Below are positions 25,095 through 38,170 of a stretch of 64,000 bases of DNA, piece by piece. The number at the start of each line of letters is the position of its first letter. The stretch's first letter is position 1. Where the stretch lies: assembly GCA_973895155.1 (NCBI GenBank), contig OZ316894.1, positions 23,496,709-23,560,708 on the forward strand, written 5' to 3'. The DNA comes from Marsupella aquatica (lineage: Eukaryota; Plantae; Marchantiophyta). The notes under the pieces were generated by a model. The model was not told the DNA's origin and searched no databases. It saw only the letters and a program-made list of their open reading frames with translations. The position numbers and the translations under genes are program-made.

Positions 25095-25290
25095 CAATTT
25101 GATGCACCTTTAGTCCCTAGTTATGAATTATGGACACAAAAAATTATGGACTTTGGAATTCTTAATCCCTAACTTTATCCCATAAGGATTGGTCATTTGA
25201 TGTACCTTAAGTCCCTAGTTATGGGTAATGGACACAAATGTTATGGACTACAAAATTTTTAGTCCAAAATGTTTGCCACAAGGATTGGTC
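25095..25290. repeat. ~100-bp tandem duplication
   Basis: ttgatg(c/t)acctt(t/a)agtccctagttatg...tggacacaaa...ttatggact...aaggattggtc occurs twice. Confidence 0.7.
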
Positions 25291-26539
25291 TTTTGTCATA
25301 ATCATTAGTCATTGTAGATTTTGGCCAAAGAAAAAACAAAAAAAACTTTTACACAATAATCTTGTGAAAAAGTTTGACCTTTTCTTTATGATCATATATC
25401 ATCATCTATAATTTCCAAGCTTTGAGACGTCCTACTAGGTACAAAGCTAGTCCTACTAGGTACAAAGCTAGTCTCATGCTTGGTCTCGTTCTTCCTCAGT
25501 TTGGAATTCTTAGTCTCTCTCCCCAATCAAAAAGCAAGGCACCTACAAGAAAACTACAAAATCCCCAAATGGGTCTCTATATATTCTTTCTAAAGATATC
25601 TAACTTTATAGTTCCAATAGAAAGCTACTTTTCAAGGCCTCTGGTCTAGAGTGAAACCTCTAAACTGTGACTCCCGGGCATCTGAAGTTGGGGATGGAAA
25701 ATGGGTTCTCAACACTCTTGTAAAATGATTAAATCACTAGGTTTTCATATTACGTTGTTCTCCATAGAGTCTGGTCTTGTCTACATTTATAATTCGCAAT
25801 GCTTTTGAATTTTAGTTCCACGGAGGCCAGTGAAAATAGTACCCTCGTCTCTTACCATGATTGTCTAATTTAATGGTTAGATCCAGGGCTATGAATCTGT
25901 GCAGTAGTCTGATTTTTTCTGCACAATGATTGAGAATGCAGAGTAGAATATAAGTGGGTATGGCCCAGGTACCCACTTACTTTAGGACATTTACGTCAAG
26001 TCCTCCAGTACTTGCTCATCATTCTGCTTGGCAGTCTTTGGCGTTCAATGGCCTGTTCGCTTTAATTCTGCTCCTATTTCCAATCGTGTGCAGCTTTTCT
26101 ATTTCTTCTCTCTCATTAAAAATGGACACGAGTGAAAGGTGCCCAAATCCTCAACAACTCCATTTGTGTTGATGACAAAATTCTGCAGCTGGATATAGCA
26201 TGCAGCTGGATAAGGTAACTTCGACGTTTCTACGGTACTCTTATTTGGGTTATTAAGGAGACACTTATATTGGCCGCGTACATAGCCTGTATGAGTGCAT
26301 TCAGTGGTTGAGTGCTGGCTGGCCATGTACTGTAGGAGAGATTAGGTTTGTGCAGGATAGAACAATGGCCTAAATAATTTCTATAGGTTTCAGTTTCTAC
26401 ATTGAAAACAATGTAAGCACTGATTTAAATGCCAATAATATTCCTAAACTTTGTCCTGATTCTTGTTCCAGAGTTTCACAAACTTGGTACTCAAATTTTC
26501 AATAATATCTACGTTTTTGGGTACGCCCAACCATCACTG

Positions 26540-27660
26540 TGGTAGTCCCCTTATATTAGAGCCACTTCCTTTGTAAATGCACCAAAACATTGCAGTTTGA
26601 TTTAGTGCAGGTGGACATTCACTAAATAACAAATGCATATATGCATTTGTCTGAAATTGTATATATGCATTTATGAGTCGCTGCCACACTTGAGTAATTG
26701 ATAAGTGCAGCACACAATTACATCAAGTAATTTTGTACATTTCCACTTGAATTGCGCATTATGATGGCTCCGGGTATGGTAGTCCTATGTGTGCAACCTG
26801 ACAACACAGAGGCATGAGGAAGTGCAAAAGTAATTTCCCATCCACTTATTGGGTAGTGCAACCATGCACATATAGAGAAATGAATAAATGATGTCCCATG
26901 CATTCATAACCTAATGCATGTCTTGGATAACTGCAAGGGTGGGGTATCTTACCGAGAGCCCACCGGGAGCCTACCTTGGATCCCAGCCACTGAAAATTGG
27001 AAGCTCAGGTTGTCTTCCTGGGTGCCTGCGCTTTCAATAATATAATGCAGATTGTGGACAAATGCAGGTTTGGGGTACTCTCCTGGGAGCCTACCTTGGA
27101 TAAGTGCAAGTTTGGGGAGTCTTCTGGAGTGCCTGCACTTAATTAGACACAGAAGACTGTACAGTCTACCATGCATAAGTGCACAATGTATAAGTGCATC
27201 CCATTGGTAACTGCAGGTTGGTTGTATAGTCCCCTAATGTTACAACTTTTTTGTTGTAAATGCACCAAAAAAATGCAACTTCTGTAGGTCAACCCTCACA
27301 AAAATTTAAATAATAAGCGCATTTCCATCGATACAAGTGCACATGCATTAATCAATTACTGTAATAAGCATTAGAAGCATTTATTGATAAGTGCAAGGGA
27401 CAACTAGACATGGTAGTTTCATGCACTTATCCAGTAAGTTGAATAAAAAAATCTAAGGATTTGGGGTCTGAGAAGTAGGATGCATATGACCAGACAAGAC
27501 AATTGCGAAAATGCATAAACAATTTCACATGCACATATGGAGAAGTGCATAATGATACCCATGCACTTATGATAAGTGCACAATTTGGTTAAGTGCAAGT
27601 TTGGGGTATCTTCCCAAGAGCTGCACTTAGACAAGGTAGACAAGGTAGACTGTACACTCT
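26540..27660. mobile_element. TE relic rich in ATAAGTGCA/TGCACTTAT motifs; an inverted homolog lies at ~45060-45512 and a fragment at ~63525-63650
   Basis: caactagacatggtagtttcatgcacttatccagt (27401-27435) is the near reverse complement of actggataagtgcatgaaactaccatgtgtagttg (45257-45291), and homology extends over ~400 bp. Internal partial duplication between 26540-26710 and 27225-27395. Confidence 0.65.
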
Positions 27661-28166
27661 TACAGTCCTTGAGAGGATGCTCACTGCTCACGATAGCTAT
27701 GGATAGCTGACGCTTTCCACGTATCATTAATAATCTATCCAACTAGGCACAACACACTACGCAAGCAGCATCTCACCAAATCTGCAAGGGTCAGGCGCCA
27801 GGTCTCAGAAGAAACGATTCTGAATCAGCTCTTGGATTTAGCTCTTGGGACACTTCCTTATCCGAGCTCTGATGCAGAGTAGGTGGGGGATGGACAGTGT
27901 CAAACTAGAAGTACAATGGTGATGATAGGGTTTGGGGGAGAGCAGCAGTCGTAGCTGAATTTGAGAGTTCTGTACTGTAGTGGTTCTTGGTAGGGTTTAA
28001 ATCCTCTGTTGGGTGCAGAAAGAGTCGTCGAACAATGTGTTCAGTTGATGATCACAGAGCCCAGTGAGGTGAAGGAAGTGAAATTGATCCGTCAGCCTGG
28101 TGGGTGCTTGAGGAGATTGATCGAGGATAAGGTTTTCAACCATAAGTGGCGGCTGGCAAGATAGTC

Positions 28167-30017
28167 ATGTCGACTGCAAGCACTGTTCTTCCGTTTATAC
28201 GTGCGATTGATTTCAGCAGAAAGGATGTGAGATGGGCGTTTCCTCCGCAAATCCCTATCGAGTGGACGAAGAAGAAGATAGACGACGAGATGCGGGAGAA
28301 TGGAGTTAAATTGGATTTGGATTTGGGTGGATATGATATTCTTAAGTATATCGGCTTCGAGATGGAGTTGAGCCCCAAGGTTGCGAGGGGAAAGTTTATC
28401 GTCAACGAGAAAGCCTCTGAGGTGAATCTGTGATCCGAGTTCAAGCAACTAGATGTACCACTTCTGAAATCAAGTACTTCAGCAATGCCTGCTGCCATTG
28501 TATTCACCTCTTCGTAGTTCAAATTATGTAGTAATGACTCTGTGATGCAAATAACCTCCCCCTCGTTCAACTACTGTAGGAATGACTCTTGCAACTACGT
28601 CTTCTCTTCCCAATTCAATGTAGTTCACAATTGGCTTCTTCGATCTCGCCAACCAATTATTTTAACGATTTTCATAGGGCACTTAGTGAGCGGCACATTC
28701 CAAACCCTCTTCCTTTTCGTTCTTTAGAAGCGGGTCATGGTTGTTCTAGGACTTTTGGTTTGCAATCCCTGTTCAGCTTATTCATTTTTTTTGGCGCAAG
28801 GGTTGTATGAAAGGTATGATTGACAAGCGAGAATAATGAAGGGGTGTAGGATCGAATCCATTCCTGAGAGCTTTATTTCTCTTAACGGTGAAAAAGTTAG
28901 ATTGAATTGTGTCTTGCCCACTCTCAACTGTAGACATCAGCATATGCTTTTCTAGTATACTGGAAAGAACTGGGCAAGGATAGTCTCGACAGAGGATTTG
29001 AGGGTCTTAGATATTATCTGCGACTGCTTTGTAAGAACTGAGAATCTTTCACCACCAACCTGCACAACTCGTCTAGAGTTGACTCTCTGCCATTAACATT
29101 TAAGCCTCGCTGGCCATGTGGCGATCAAATATATCACAATTTGAGCAAACGTTAGACTGAGATTCCATCATGTACCCTAATCTTCATGCGCTTGGTGATT
29201 TCTAGTCCACTATCTCTAAACTCTTCCGGCCATCCATCTTACAGGGTTGGGAAGATCTATCAACAACTAATTTTAATTTGGAAGCGAGAAAAGAGAGATA
29301 TGGCTTTGGTGAAAGGGACTGCCACAACATTTGTAATTAGAGTCTCCTGTTTTGTTAAGTTTGCTCCTTTCATGGGTCAATAAGAGTTGGAGGACGGCTG
29401 TAGGAACAGTGGAGAGTGGTATCAGCTTGAGCCTAAGGTACGCCTTTTGTCGCGGCAAATACTAACCAGCCTTTAATCCCGTTTGCAACGTGTGCCACAG
29501 CCAAATGGGCAACTGATGAAAGGAGTAGTAGACTATATTGCCGAGAGCGTTGCTAGCGCTGCTGGAAATATGTCATCCGAAAGTGGGCGTATCGCAGGAG
29601 TTGAGTTGAACTTGAATCATCTGCGGCCGGCTTACATAGGACAGGAAGTGACAGCGATCGCCACGCCTTTGAGGCAGGCCAAGGCTTTCCAGGTACGGTG
29701 CTTATCTGCAGTCTGCGTCTGTGTCATTCTCTTATTCAATATTGTCTGTTTAAGATGGCCATGACTGTCAGCATTTGAGAACAATTCTTGAGAAAAACAG
29801 AATATTGTGTGTAGAACGAAATCTTTGAGTTGACCTTTTATTTTTTCCTGTTATGCAGGTTTGGGAAGTTAAGTTTGAGACAGAAAATATGAAGGAGTCA
29901 ACAACCGAGTCAAGTGCTGACCCCTGTGAGGCAGTTTTAATTTCAATAGCTAGTTTTACTCTCGTGAATGAGAATTCTAGGGTAGTGAAGGAATCGACAC
30001 TCCAGTCCAAACTTTAA
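28167..30017 (+). CDS. DHNAT-like hotdog-fold thioesterase, copy 3 (201 aa, peroxisomal); exons 28167-28421, 29501-29692, 29859-30017
   Basis: ...RGKFIVNEKASE|PNGQLMKGVVDYIAESVAS...RIAGVELNLNHLRPAYIG...AFQ|VWEVKFETE...TLQSKL*. Conserved intron positions, open frame, PTS1 SKL. Confidence 0.85.
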
Positions 30018-33000
30018 TGCCTTGGGAAAAGTGTCATTAAGTTGTTATGCCCAACTGTGTTCGCGATGATCTCAAGGTTGCCTTGATTAATCAAATGGGC
30101 ATCCTTGGAAGTAACACTGATCCTCTCCTTCAGCATCTATTCCGCTTTGTACAGAATCACGGGCGATTAGTTTCCGAATGCCTTTCTATAATAGATGGAA
30201 ATTATACCATCACTACATTAGACAGCTGATTCAGATGATGGACTAACGATCTAGTTACTGTCTGGGTAATCTTTGGTCATTCTGATCCCTGGCCTCATTT
30301 GACACCTCCTTGTACATAAACCTTGTACATAAATTGCAATTATTCAGAACACATGTTTATTCTCTTTGGTTCTCACGGAATTATTAGATTTCACTTAAAG
30401 GGGAGATGTAAAGATTGTAGACAGAGGAGGACTAAAGAATTTGTATCGGCTTCCAACTCTTGACAAACAATTGGTGGCAATTAGTTTGAGATTGTTTTGG
30501 TGCCGTTGTTTTGCCGAAAGTTTTCATGAACCCTGTAGTCAACGTCGTGTTTGAATTGAAAACTCTATTTCTTACCGCACTAGTGTTCTGTCTTTCAATT
30601 TCATGGTACATCAGAGAGGTCAATCTCTGGATAATTTTAAGCTCTTTTGGTGATGCCAGCTCAGTTGAATCAGACCCTTAGTGTTCAGTTGAAGCAAGAT
30701 TGTCATTCAGTTCAGCTAGTGAAACACTGAAGCGCAACGGCCATTATTGTATCCAAGCTACTCAACTTCGTACTCGAAAGTGAGTGTAGTTGAATTGATT
30801 AGCTCTTTAGTTTGTCGAATTCCGCTGCAGCTAGCCTCGTCCTACAGCAAAAGAAAGGTACTGCATTGCTCTTCAGGTTTTAGCTTTAGGGCCACCTCGA
30901 GGGCCATGACATCCTTGTATTTAAAGGAGGTTGTCAAATAGTTCTCTTGCGCGAGGTTTTGCATATGGGTTGCAGGTGAAACCAGCATAAACACAAAGAC
31001 AGTATTAATGTTGCCTTGTGGCTGTAATGAAATTAATTCAGAGTTCATGAGCTGCATTCTAAGAGTAGCCTATGACTGCTTAGGAACAGCTGATTTTCCA
31101 TCCCTTTTTATTTCCTGAGTTGACTACGGTAGTTTTAGGAAGGGCACATGCAAATGCGGTCGAGCTTTACCTTAGGAGGAAGTCACATGCCATTATAGTT
31201 AAGCTCTTGGAAAGCCGGGGACCGATCCGGTATTGCTGGGCTGTCGGGTCCACGGCTTCTTTAGAAACTGGATCGCTTTGCTCACGGCCTCTCTAGTACG
31301 GTATTCTATGCATTCCATTTCTCAGCCGCAACACAGAATTCTCAGAAGTTTCTGTTGTGCAAATGTAAGTTGGGCTCCTTTTTAGTGTCTGCTCATCTGT
31401 TCGAGAACCGATATCCTTTGACTCCAAATGGAAGAACCTGGTGACAGTACCCTTGTGCTCAACAGTTGAACAGTGTTCTCAATACTTTCCGGAACAGATC
31501 CTTCAAGCATTTTGCCGCTTCCGTCTGGTGTTCGTGTTGTCTGTTTTGATGCTGAAATCACATAGCGTGGGTCTTGCAATTGATGACGATGTCCTACGCT
31601 GATGATATATAAATATTTGCTTGCACAATGTCCTAAACTCCATAACATTGACAGCATCGGTCGGCATCCCAACTCGCAACATTGCCTGCCTAAAATCTAG
31701 CCATGAGTACTGTATTCACCACCTTCTCAAGCTGAATGCTTGAAGAACTCGATCCCAAGGCTACCACCAATCTGCAATCCATGAATAGAAGGGCTTGGTG
31801 AACGGTCATATAATCTAACAGCATTTGCCCTGTGCAAAGCATCTCTAAACGATTATGCACTGTCAAATGCTACACATCATGTGGTCCAGCTCACTGTGGT
31901 TAGTTGAGCTAGTAATGCTTCAAGAGAAGTGTCTAGAGTTTGGTACTCGATTTTGTTTGGTCCTGGATTCTCATTCACTTTGTTGCGCTGGCCAATTAGT
32001 ATTGTGTTGCCATGATCACTCAGGTTTACCGTTTCACTGCTGACAGTCAGAAGGGCATGTCGTTGATGTGGACGCTGGACAGGAAGAAAGCCGTCTGGTG
32101 GTCGGACCTGTTTGCCACTGCCTTGTATGGAACGCTCCTGCATTGATGTGGTTGCCTAGAGGACAGAATAACACCAGCGGACAGTCCGCCGTTCCTACTA
32201 TGGTGAACGGAGGCACTGCGCTTAGGGAAGTGTAAAGTGATTCAGAGCTTTAGATCATTGAGTCAGATGTTTGATGGGGCAGGTGGTAATCTGGATTGGG
32301 CCCTAATTGAAGGCGCACACAACAAAATCCATGACAGTGCTCTACGGTATTGGCCATCGGACCTGTCAGAAACTCATTTGGGGAGGGAGTGCGGGAGGCG
32401 AAGACTGGGAGTGCATTCAATGTTTTTCTCCATGACTGGCCTCTGCAAGACTGCAACGCGTGCATAAGCTTACTGTGGAGAATTGGAAGATATTCGCAGA
32501 TAGTAGATACTCTGCGCTCTGCGAAGGAGGAGATTTCTGTCCGGACTCTAAAGGTTGCATCCATGTGGAGGTGGCCGTGGGTCCCGGGCATTCGGGCAAA
32601 GACAGTTATCGTACCAGTGAAAAGCACCCCGCAAAAGCCGACGCTCAGTTGGTGAGGCCTGTTGATATGCAGTAATGCAGCTGGCGAGGCCCACCGTGCG
32701 GAAATTGCGCGGCGCTCTCTGCCTTCAAGTGCCAGAGATTTGCCGTCCAGTGTCCACTCGGGCTCAAGCTGGATGTTGGGGAGTGAAAAGTGCACTCAGC
32801 TCATGTGTATGACTGTGTGAGCAAAGCCTGCCCGCCGTGAGCACCAATCCAAGTATCCATGGCCAGCAAGGGGACTGATGAAAGTGGGCTTGCTGAGCAG
32901 AGCTACCCTGCCGCAAGCGACCAGAGGCATCATGGAAGCCAACCAGCAAGAGAGATACTGTAGGAGCCGGGCAGGGCAGGCAGGCCGAACTTCCAGTCTT

Positions 33001-33638
33001 CCACAGTGCATACGTCCATCCGTCCATCCGTCCACGGGATGCACTGCTGAACGGCGGAGCGCACTGGAGCAGCGTTATAATTAGTAAGCCGTTGATATGT
33101 CGGAACTCGGAAGGCGGGGCTGGGAGGGAGGCGGCAGCTGGGGTTTATAGATTTCGGTTGGGTACTGGTAATAAATGGAAGGAGCTGTTGCAGACGATAA
33201 CAGCCTCCACTTTAGACTCGGCGAGCGTTGTCGCATCTGCCAAACTGGTCGGTTCCCGCTATTATCACCTTCCCATTTCCGAGTGGCCCAAGAAAATGCT
33301 GCTGCTACTGGACATCGATCAGCTGGAATTGTCCTCCGCGTGAACTCATCTAACTTACGTGCATTGAGCTTTAGCCTTCGTGTTCAGCTCCCAACGCAGA
33401 GATCTGGAACGAGTTTTTACTTGAGAGGTTGAGTGTAGCGTGTGGGAGGAAAGAGGAACGAAATAATAACTGGGACGCCAAAAGTTCATCGTCTACATGT
33501 TCAGTATCAGACTAGCATTGCTACGCCGTCCCTGAGGTGTTGCACAGGAATCGATCGGGGAGAGCGAATTGGTTGTAGCGTGCGCTCTACTTCCACTGTC
33601 CACTCAGCTCTCAGCAGCACACGGCAGCAGTGATCGAA

Positions 33639-34856
33639 ATGGCTTCACGATGGGCGATGGTGGCATTTCTGGTCGCCGGGCTTCTTCTCCAGCAGGGCAC
33701 TACGCCAGTGAATGGAGCAGACTGGTTCGCGGTCGGGGACCAAAATGGCTGGACGTTCCCTCCGAATGGCATTGCCACATTTTTTAACGACTGGGCTAAG
33801 CAGCATACCTTCCACATTGGCGACACCCTCTGTATGTACCGTACACAAACACCTCTATTTCCTCGTTGGCTATGCGCTCGTTGTAGTTGTAGGTCACCTT
33901 TTGTAAGTTGCGGCATGTCATGAATAGAGTTCCCACGGTTCAGCTTGAGCACAGTGCATGGCTCTCCTCCGTCCCCGTCCCCAGCAAAGTGATTGTTAAA
34001 GCCAGTGACTGGTCGACAGTCTTGTTGTGACGTTCCGCTAGTTGAGAAAGGAGTGCGGAGTGTGGTTTCACTTTGGTGGCGAGGACAAACACCTTTCGTG
34101 GCTTTTCGGTTCAGTGCATTGTGTTGCCTATTTTATCACGGGATGGCGCCAGTTAAGGAGTTATCGGGGTATGGGAAATGGGTCACACACTCACATTCTC
34201 AGTTGCGGGATCGGACAACCGAAAATGTAGACCGATGCACTAGTTTGTGCCTTTCGAGACACAGCCCTTGGTCCCACATGTACAGTGCAATAGCCGCTTG
34301 AGAATCCGGACAAGGCATCGATTGGGGCTAGACAATGAGCGGCATTGCATCTTTCCGAGATGAAGAGAGTGACCATACTAGTGTGAGTGTTGTGACTGGC
34401 ATTAGATTCGTAACATTTTCCGTTGTTGGAGAGGCATTTGATTCGTCGCATTGAGCTGGAATGGTACTGATTTGTGGTCCTTCTGCCCTACCTCCAGTCT
34501 TCAGGTACGAATATCACAGCGTGCTCGAGGTCAGCCAAGCGGATTTGCAGACATGCACGACCACCAACCCAGTTAACTCTTACAACAATTATGCCAACGC
34601 ATCCGTGACGCTGGACAGGACGGGTTACTACGGCTTTATTTGTGGAGAACCCAGTCATTGTGCGGGGAACATGAAGCTCGAATTAACTGCGTTGGCTTTA
34701 GGTCAATTAGCCGCCCCTGTCGAGGCTCCAGGGAGCACGGGAGCGGGACCAGCTGCTGGCCCTGTCCAGAGCCAAAATGGTGCCTCTGGTGTCCGATCTT
34801 TCCCCGCCATGATCGTGGGAGCTCTCCTCGCCGGCTGTGGATTCCTGTTTCTGTAA
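33639..34856 (+). CDS. Blue-copper phytocyanin (uclacyanin-like, likely GPI-anchored), 183 aa; exons 33639-33831 and 34498-34856
   Basis: Signal peptide, then VGDQNGW...DWAKQHTFHIGDTL|FFRYEYHSVLEV...C...GFICGEPSHCAGNMKL with His/Cys/His/Met copper ligands, an Ala/Pro/Gly linker and a hydrophobic C-terminal tail; phase-1 intron after GDTL. Confidence 0.93.
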
Positions 34857-37829
34857 ATTCTACGTGTGAAGCTGGTCTCTGTGGATCTGGGTTGTTCCAT
34901 TTCCTACAGACCGACTCCCCTGTGCTTAATGAGTAATGAGGCATTCCTGCTAGACCCTTCCGAGAATTGTTATCCGGAGTCTTCTTACGTTGTGGTGATG
35001 GTGCGGTTCTGAAGTGAAGAATTCCGTGCCACAAAAAAGAAGAAGATCAGGAGTAGGCTTCACCATGGTGGACCATATTTTGCACTGTATTCATTTGTTC
35101 GTTTTGTGTTTCTGGGTAGACTTGGAAGAACCCATAGATAGATAGAATTCTAGTAATCTGAAACATAATATTTCTACGAGCGCTCCATTCAAGCTCAACT
35201 GTATTTAGCACATTACGATCTGCTTGTGAGGGCTCCATTCAGCTGTCACATTCTACACGATATGATTCATGTGCGCTAGCCTATACGTGTAGATCTATTC
35301 TTTTAGAGGGGAGGATGATATAAACTGAGCCCGACTCCTGTTCGTCATGTGTGCTAGCGAACTGAGGGAGGATGTCGAAAGAAAGAGGCTTCGATTGCAC
35401 TTGGAACAGTGATTTGAGTCCGTCCTGCCTATATTGATCGATTACTTTTAGAGTTATCACGCAAACAGAGTGAACCCCGGGGTGAAATTTTGTAGAAACA
35501 TCAGGTATCAATTGATAGCTCCGACATTGCTGGATGGACGTGTTGGGGTTCTGATTATGTCCCACAATCTGAATGGGAATATGGAATAAAAGAATCATCA
35601 TCAGCAAATTTATAGCGCAGTATTTGGGATGTTGTTCAACGTTGAGTGAAATATCAAACTTGTAATTGATTGGAATATTGAATCTGTGCAAAATCTCGTA
35701 ACTGGGCCGGATCCTACATGGCTCCATAATTTAATATTGGACTCTGGTCGGAATTGTAGTACCTGCTCTGGAATTGAAGAGCAATTGCAAGAGACTGGAC
35801 ACGGTTGGACCAGCATTGACCGATGAGATTATATATTATCCTGGGTTGTGAAAGGTGCTTGTACATCGATGTGTGAATTGCCATGAGTTTAGTTTAGATC
35901 GAGGTTTTCAAAATGACTTACACAGAACGAATGAGCAAAGTGAGTAATGCGAATCTCGATTCAAATGAAGTAGCATGTGAGGGAACCAGTGGACTTGGTC
36001 TTTGAAATATTGTGGCTCAATTCTTGTAAAGGAAGGAACGTCTTGCAGAGCTGATCATTTCCTCAATACCTGTAAGGTACCTACTTATTTGCCACATTTA
36101 AGAACAGCGCTGGACTCAGTTCCCTCACGAGTTCGATCGGCGAGTTGAGCGTCGTGATCATCATTCCAACGAGGACCACTGTATCCGACAAGGTGGGTGA
36201 CTTTGCCTTTCCTTCTCTTTGGTTGGAATCAATACTTCACCAGGCTATGAACGAGCAAACAGTGTTGCCTGAAAGTCCAGTCTGGACAATTCTTCCTTTT
36301 CGTTGCAATACAAACTTTACTGAGCAATGAAGAGTCAAACAGAGTGCCAAGAAACCATCAAACAGAGTGCCAAGAAACCACCAAACAGAGGCACGAGCTG
36401 GAGCATGGAGATCAACTGTGACAGGAGGTGAGTGAGGTGATGAATTCTGCTAGATGTGAGATACTTTTACGACAACAAATAATGGAGAAGCATGGCAGCA
36501 CTGTTGGGATACTAACTAGCCACAAATAATGGAGCAGAATGACAAAACTGGTAAAAAAGTAAACTGGCATTGCTACTCTGACAACCATTAACTACCGTAG
36601 TGCTTGGAGGCATGACACATTTGCAATTCAACGTTCCAGGAGGTTTTCTAAACAGCTCAACAACCTAAAATAAATTATATCTGTTGCAGTGAAGTTCACT
36701 CATTTGTATTGTTTAGTCATTTGTACAGGAAGTACCTAGGGGGAAACCTTTTTCCTTGCAGACAATCACACATCAAAATGTGATAATATGTGGCGTGTAA
36801 ACATTGATTGAAAGATGTGATAACGAGATTTATCATGGTATGGAGGGATATCCTACATCATAATTTGATGTGCAGCAACCTTTTTCTATTTCTTTCCCAA
36901 CCGTGTGCAAGGAGGAATAACATTTATTTCCTACTTGCTATCACAAAATATGTCTGCTCTTTGCATTGTTGGGGCAGGCACTTTGGTAGGGTCTTTCTCC
37001 AAGTAGAAGAGTTATATGTTAAAGACCAGGGTGAGATAAAGGATGGTCACTGTTCTTAAGCCCCCAAAACAAGTAACCATAAGGTTGTGCAAAGATTGCC
37101 TCATGAAACTCTGGTTGAGGAAGTGGAGCAATGCTCTGAACTTGAAGTTGTGTCATTCTGCTCCGTCTAAATTGCAGGTGACGTAGAGCAAAGCACATCT
37201 CGAAGCCCTTCCAGCAATCCCAGCCACCATTCAAATCCTAAGTAGTGGACATAAGGTTGAGACTAGTTCTTAGATGGACAAAAAAAAACAGTGTCACAAT
37301 ACTCTTGGAGCCTTACAGAGGCATGGCATGGAAGTGTAAGAGGTCATATACATGACAACCATGAGAACCCAACTCGTTCATTTGAACCAGAACAAAGGCC
37401 TTTGCATGGACACGAGACCGAGGCATACACTAATTAAATTCTTCTATTACCAGTCAAATGCATGTTTACACTACTTTCATCTTTAAAACAGAAGTCTGAA
37501 ACCTTTAAAGCGCGACTAGCCAAGACCAAAATGTGGTTATGCATATTTCACCATTCTTAGTACTTTTTCCCAAAATTGTGGAGCAAAGTCTGATGGTAGA
37601 GGAGATGAATGTGAAAAAGTGAGAAGTTTTGGACACTCCTTTTATATGACCAGTGGTGGTTTAAGAAGAAAAGGTTGGAGGGGCTCAATCTGCCTTTCAA
37701 CTTCTGTGCTAGACTTCAATCTTGATAAGATTTGTTGGTTGTATTTTCTGTACTTTGTGGAAGAGAACGCCCAATCATCAAAGGCTCTCCTCAAGGCTCT
37801 CCACCACTAAGGCGTTTTGAGATTTGTCC

Positions 37830-38170
37830 TCTACTTGTCTCACCACTTGTCTCTTCATAGAACAAGTAAAACTTCAATTTGCATGAACTTAAAGTTAGTT
37901 TGGCCTTACTAGGGTTAGTTAACCCTTGCTTAGATTAGGATATTAAGATACACATTGATTAGGCCCACACATCTCAGCCCCCTATGGGGTGTACGTTGGA
38001 GGGAGAGCATTTTTCTCCCTCATTCTTCACATGTACTCTCATATGCGTTGGGTCTTTCAGGAGTTTCTCCACTTGTGGTGTCTTGTGGTGTAGTGTCTGA
38101 TTGAGCGTACTCTCATATTCCGTATTTTCTATCTAGTATGAACCTACAATTTCTTACAATTGGTATCAAT
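37830..38170 (+). mobile_element. LTR remnant followed by a partial tRNA-Met primer-binding site
   Basis: ...ttcttACA at TGGTATCA (38161-38168) matches the start of the iMet PBS, directly after a CA terminus; the 5' boundary is not determinable. Confidence 0.45.

Noticed and set aside
25431-25473. Short perfect tandem duplications (also 13959-13999, 36337-36389, 62090-62136)
   Set aside because: Ordinary 20-24-bp slippage or repair duplications with no further structure
32250-32795. 181-aa minus-strand ORF in GC-richer DNA upstream of the phytocyanin
   Set aside because: Non-ATG start, no recognisable domain or exon structure; likely promoter or UTR sequence
33690-33715. Possible miR408 target site in the phytocyanin (gcagggcactacgccagtgaa)
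   Set aside because: Too many mismatches to the miR408 complement
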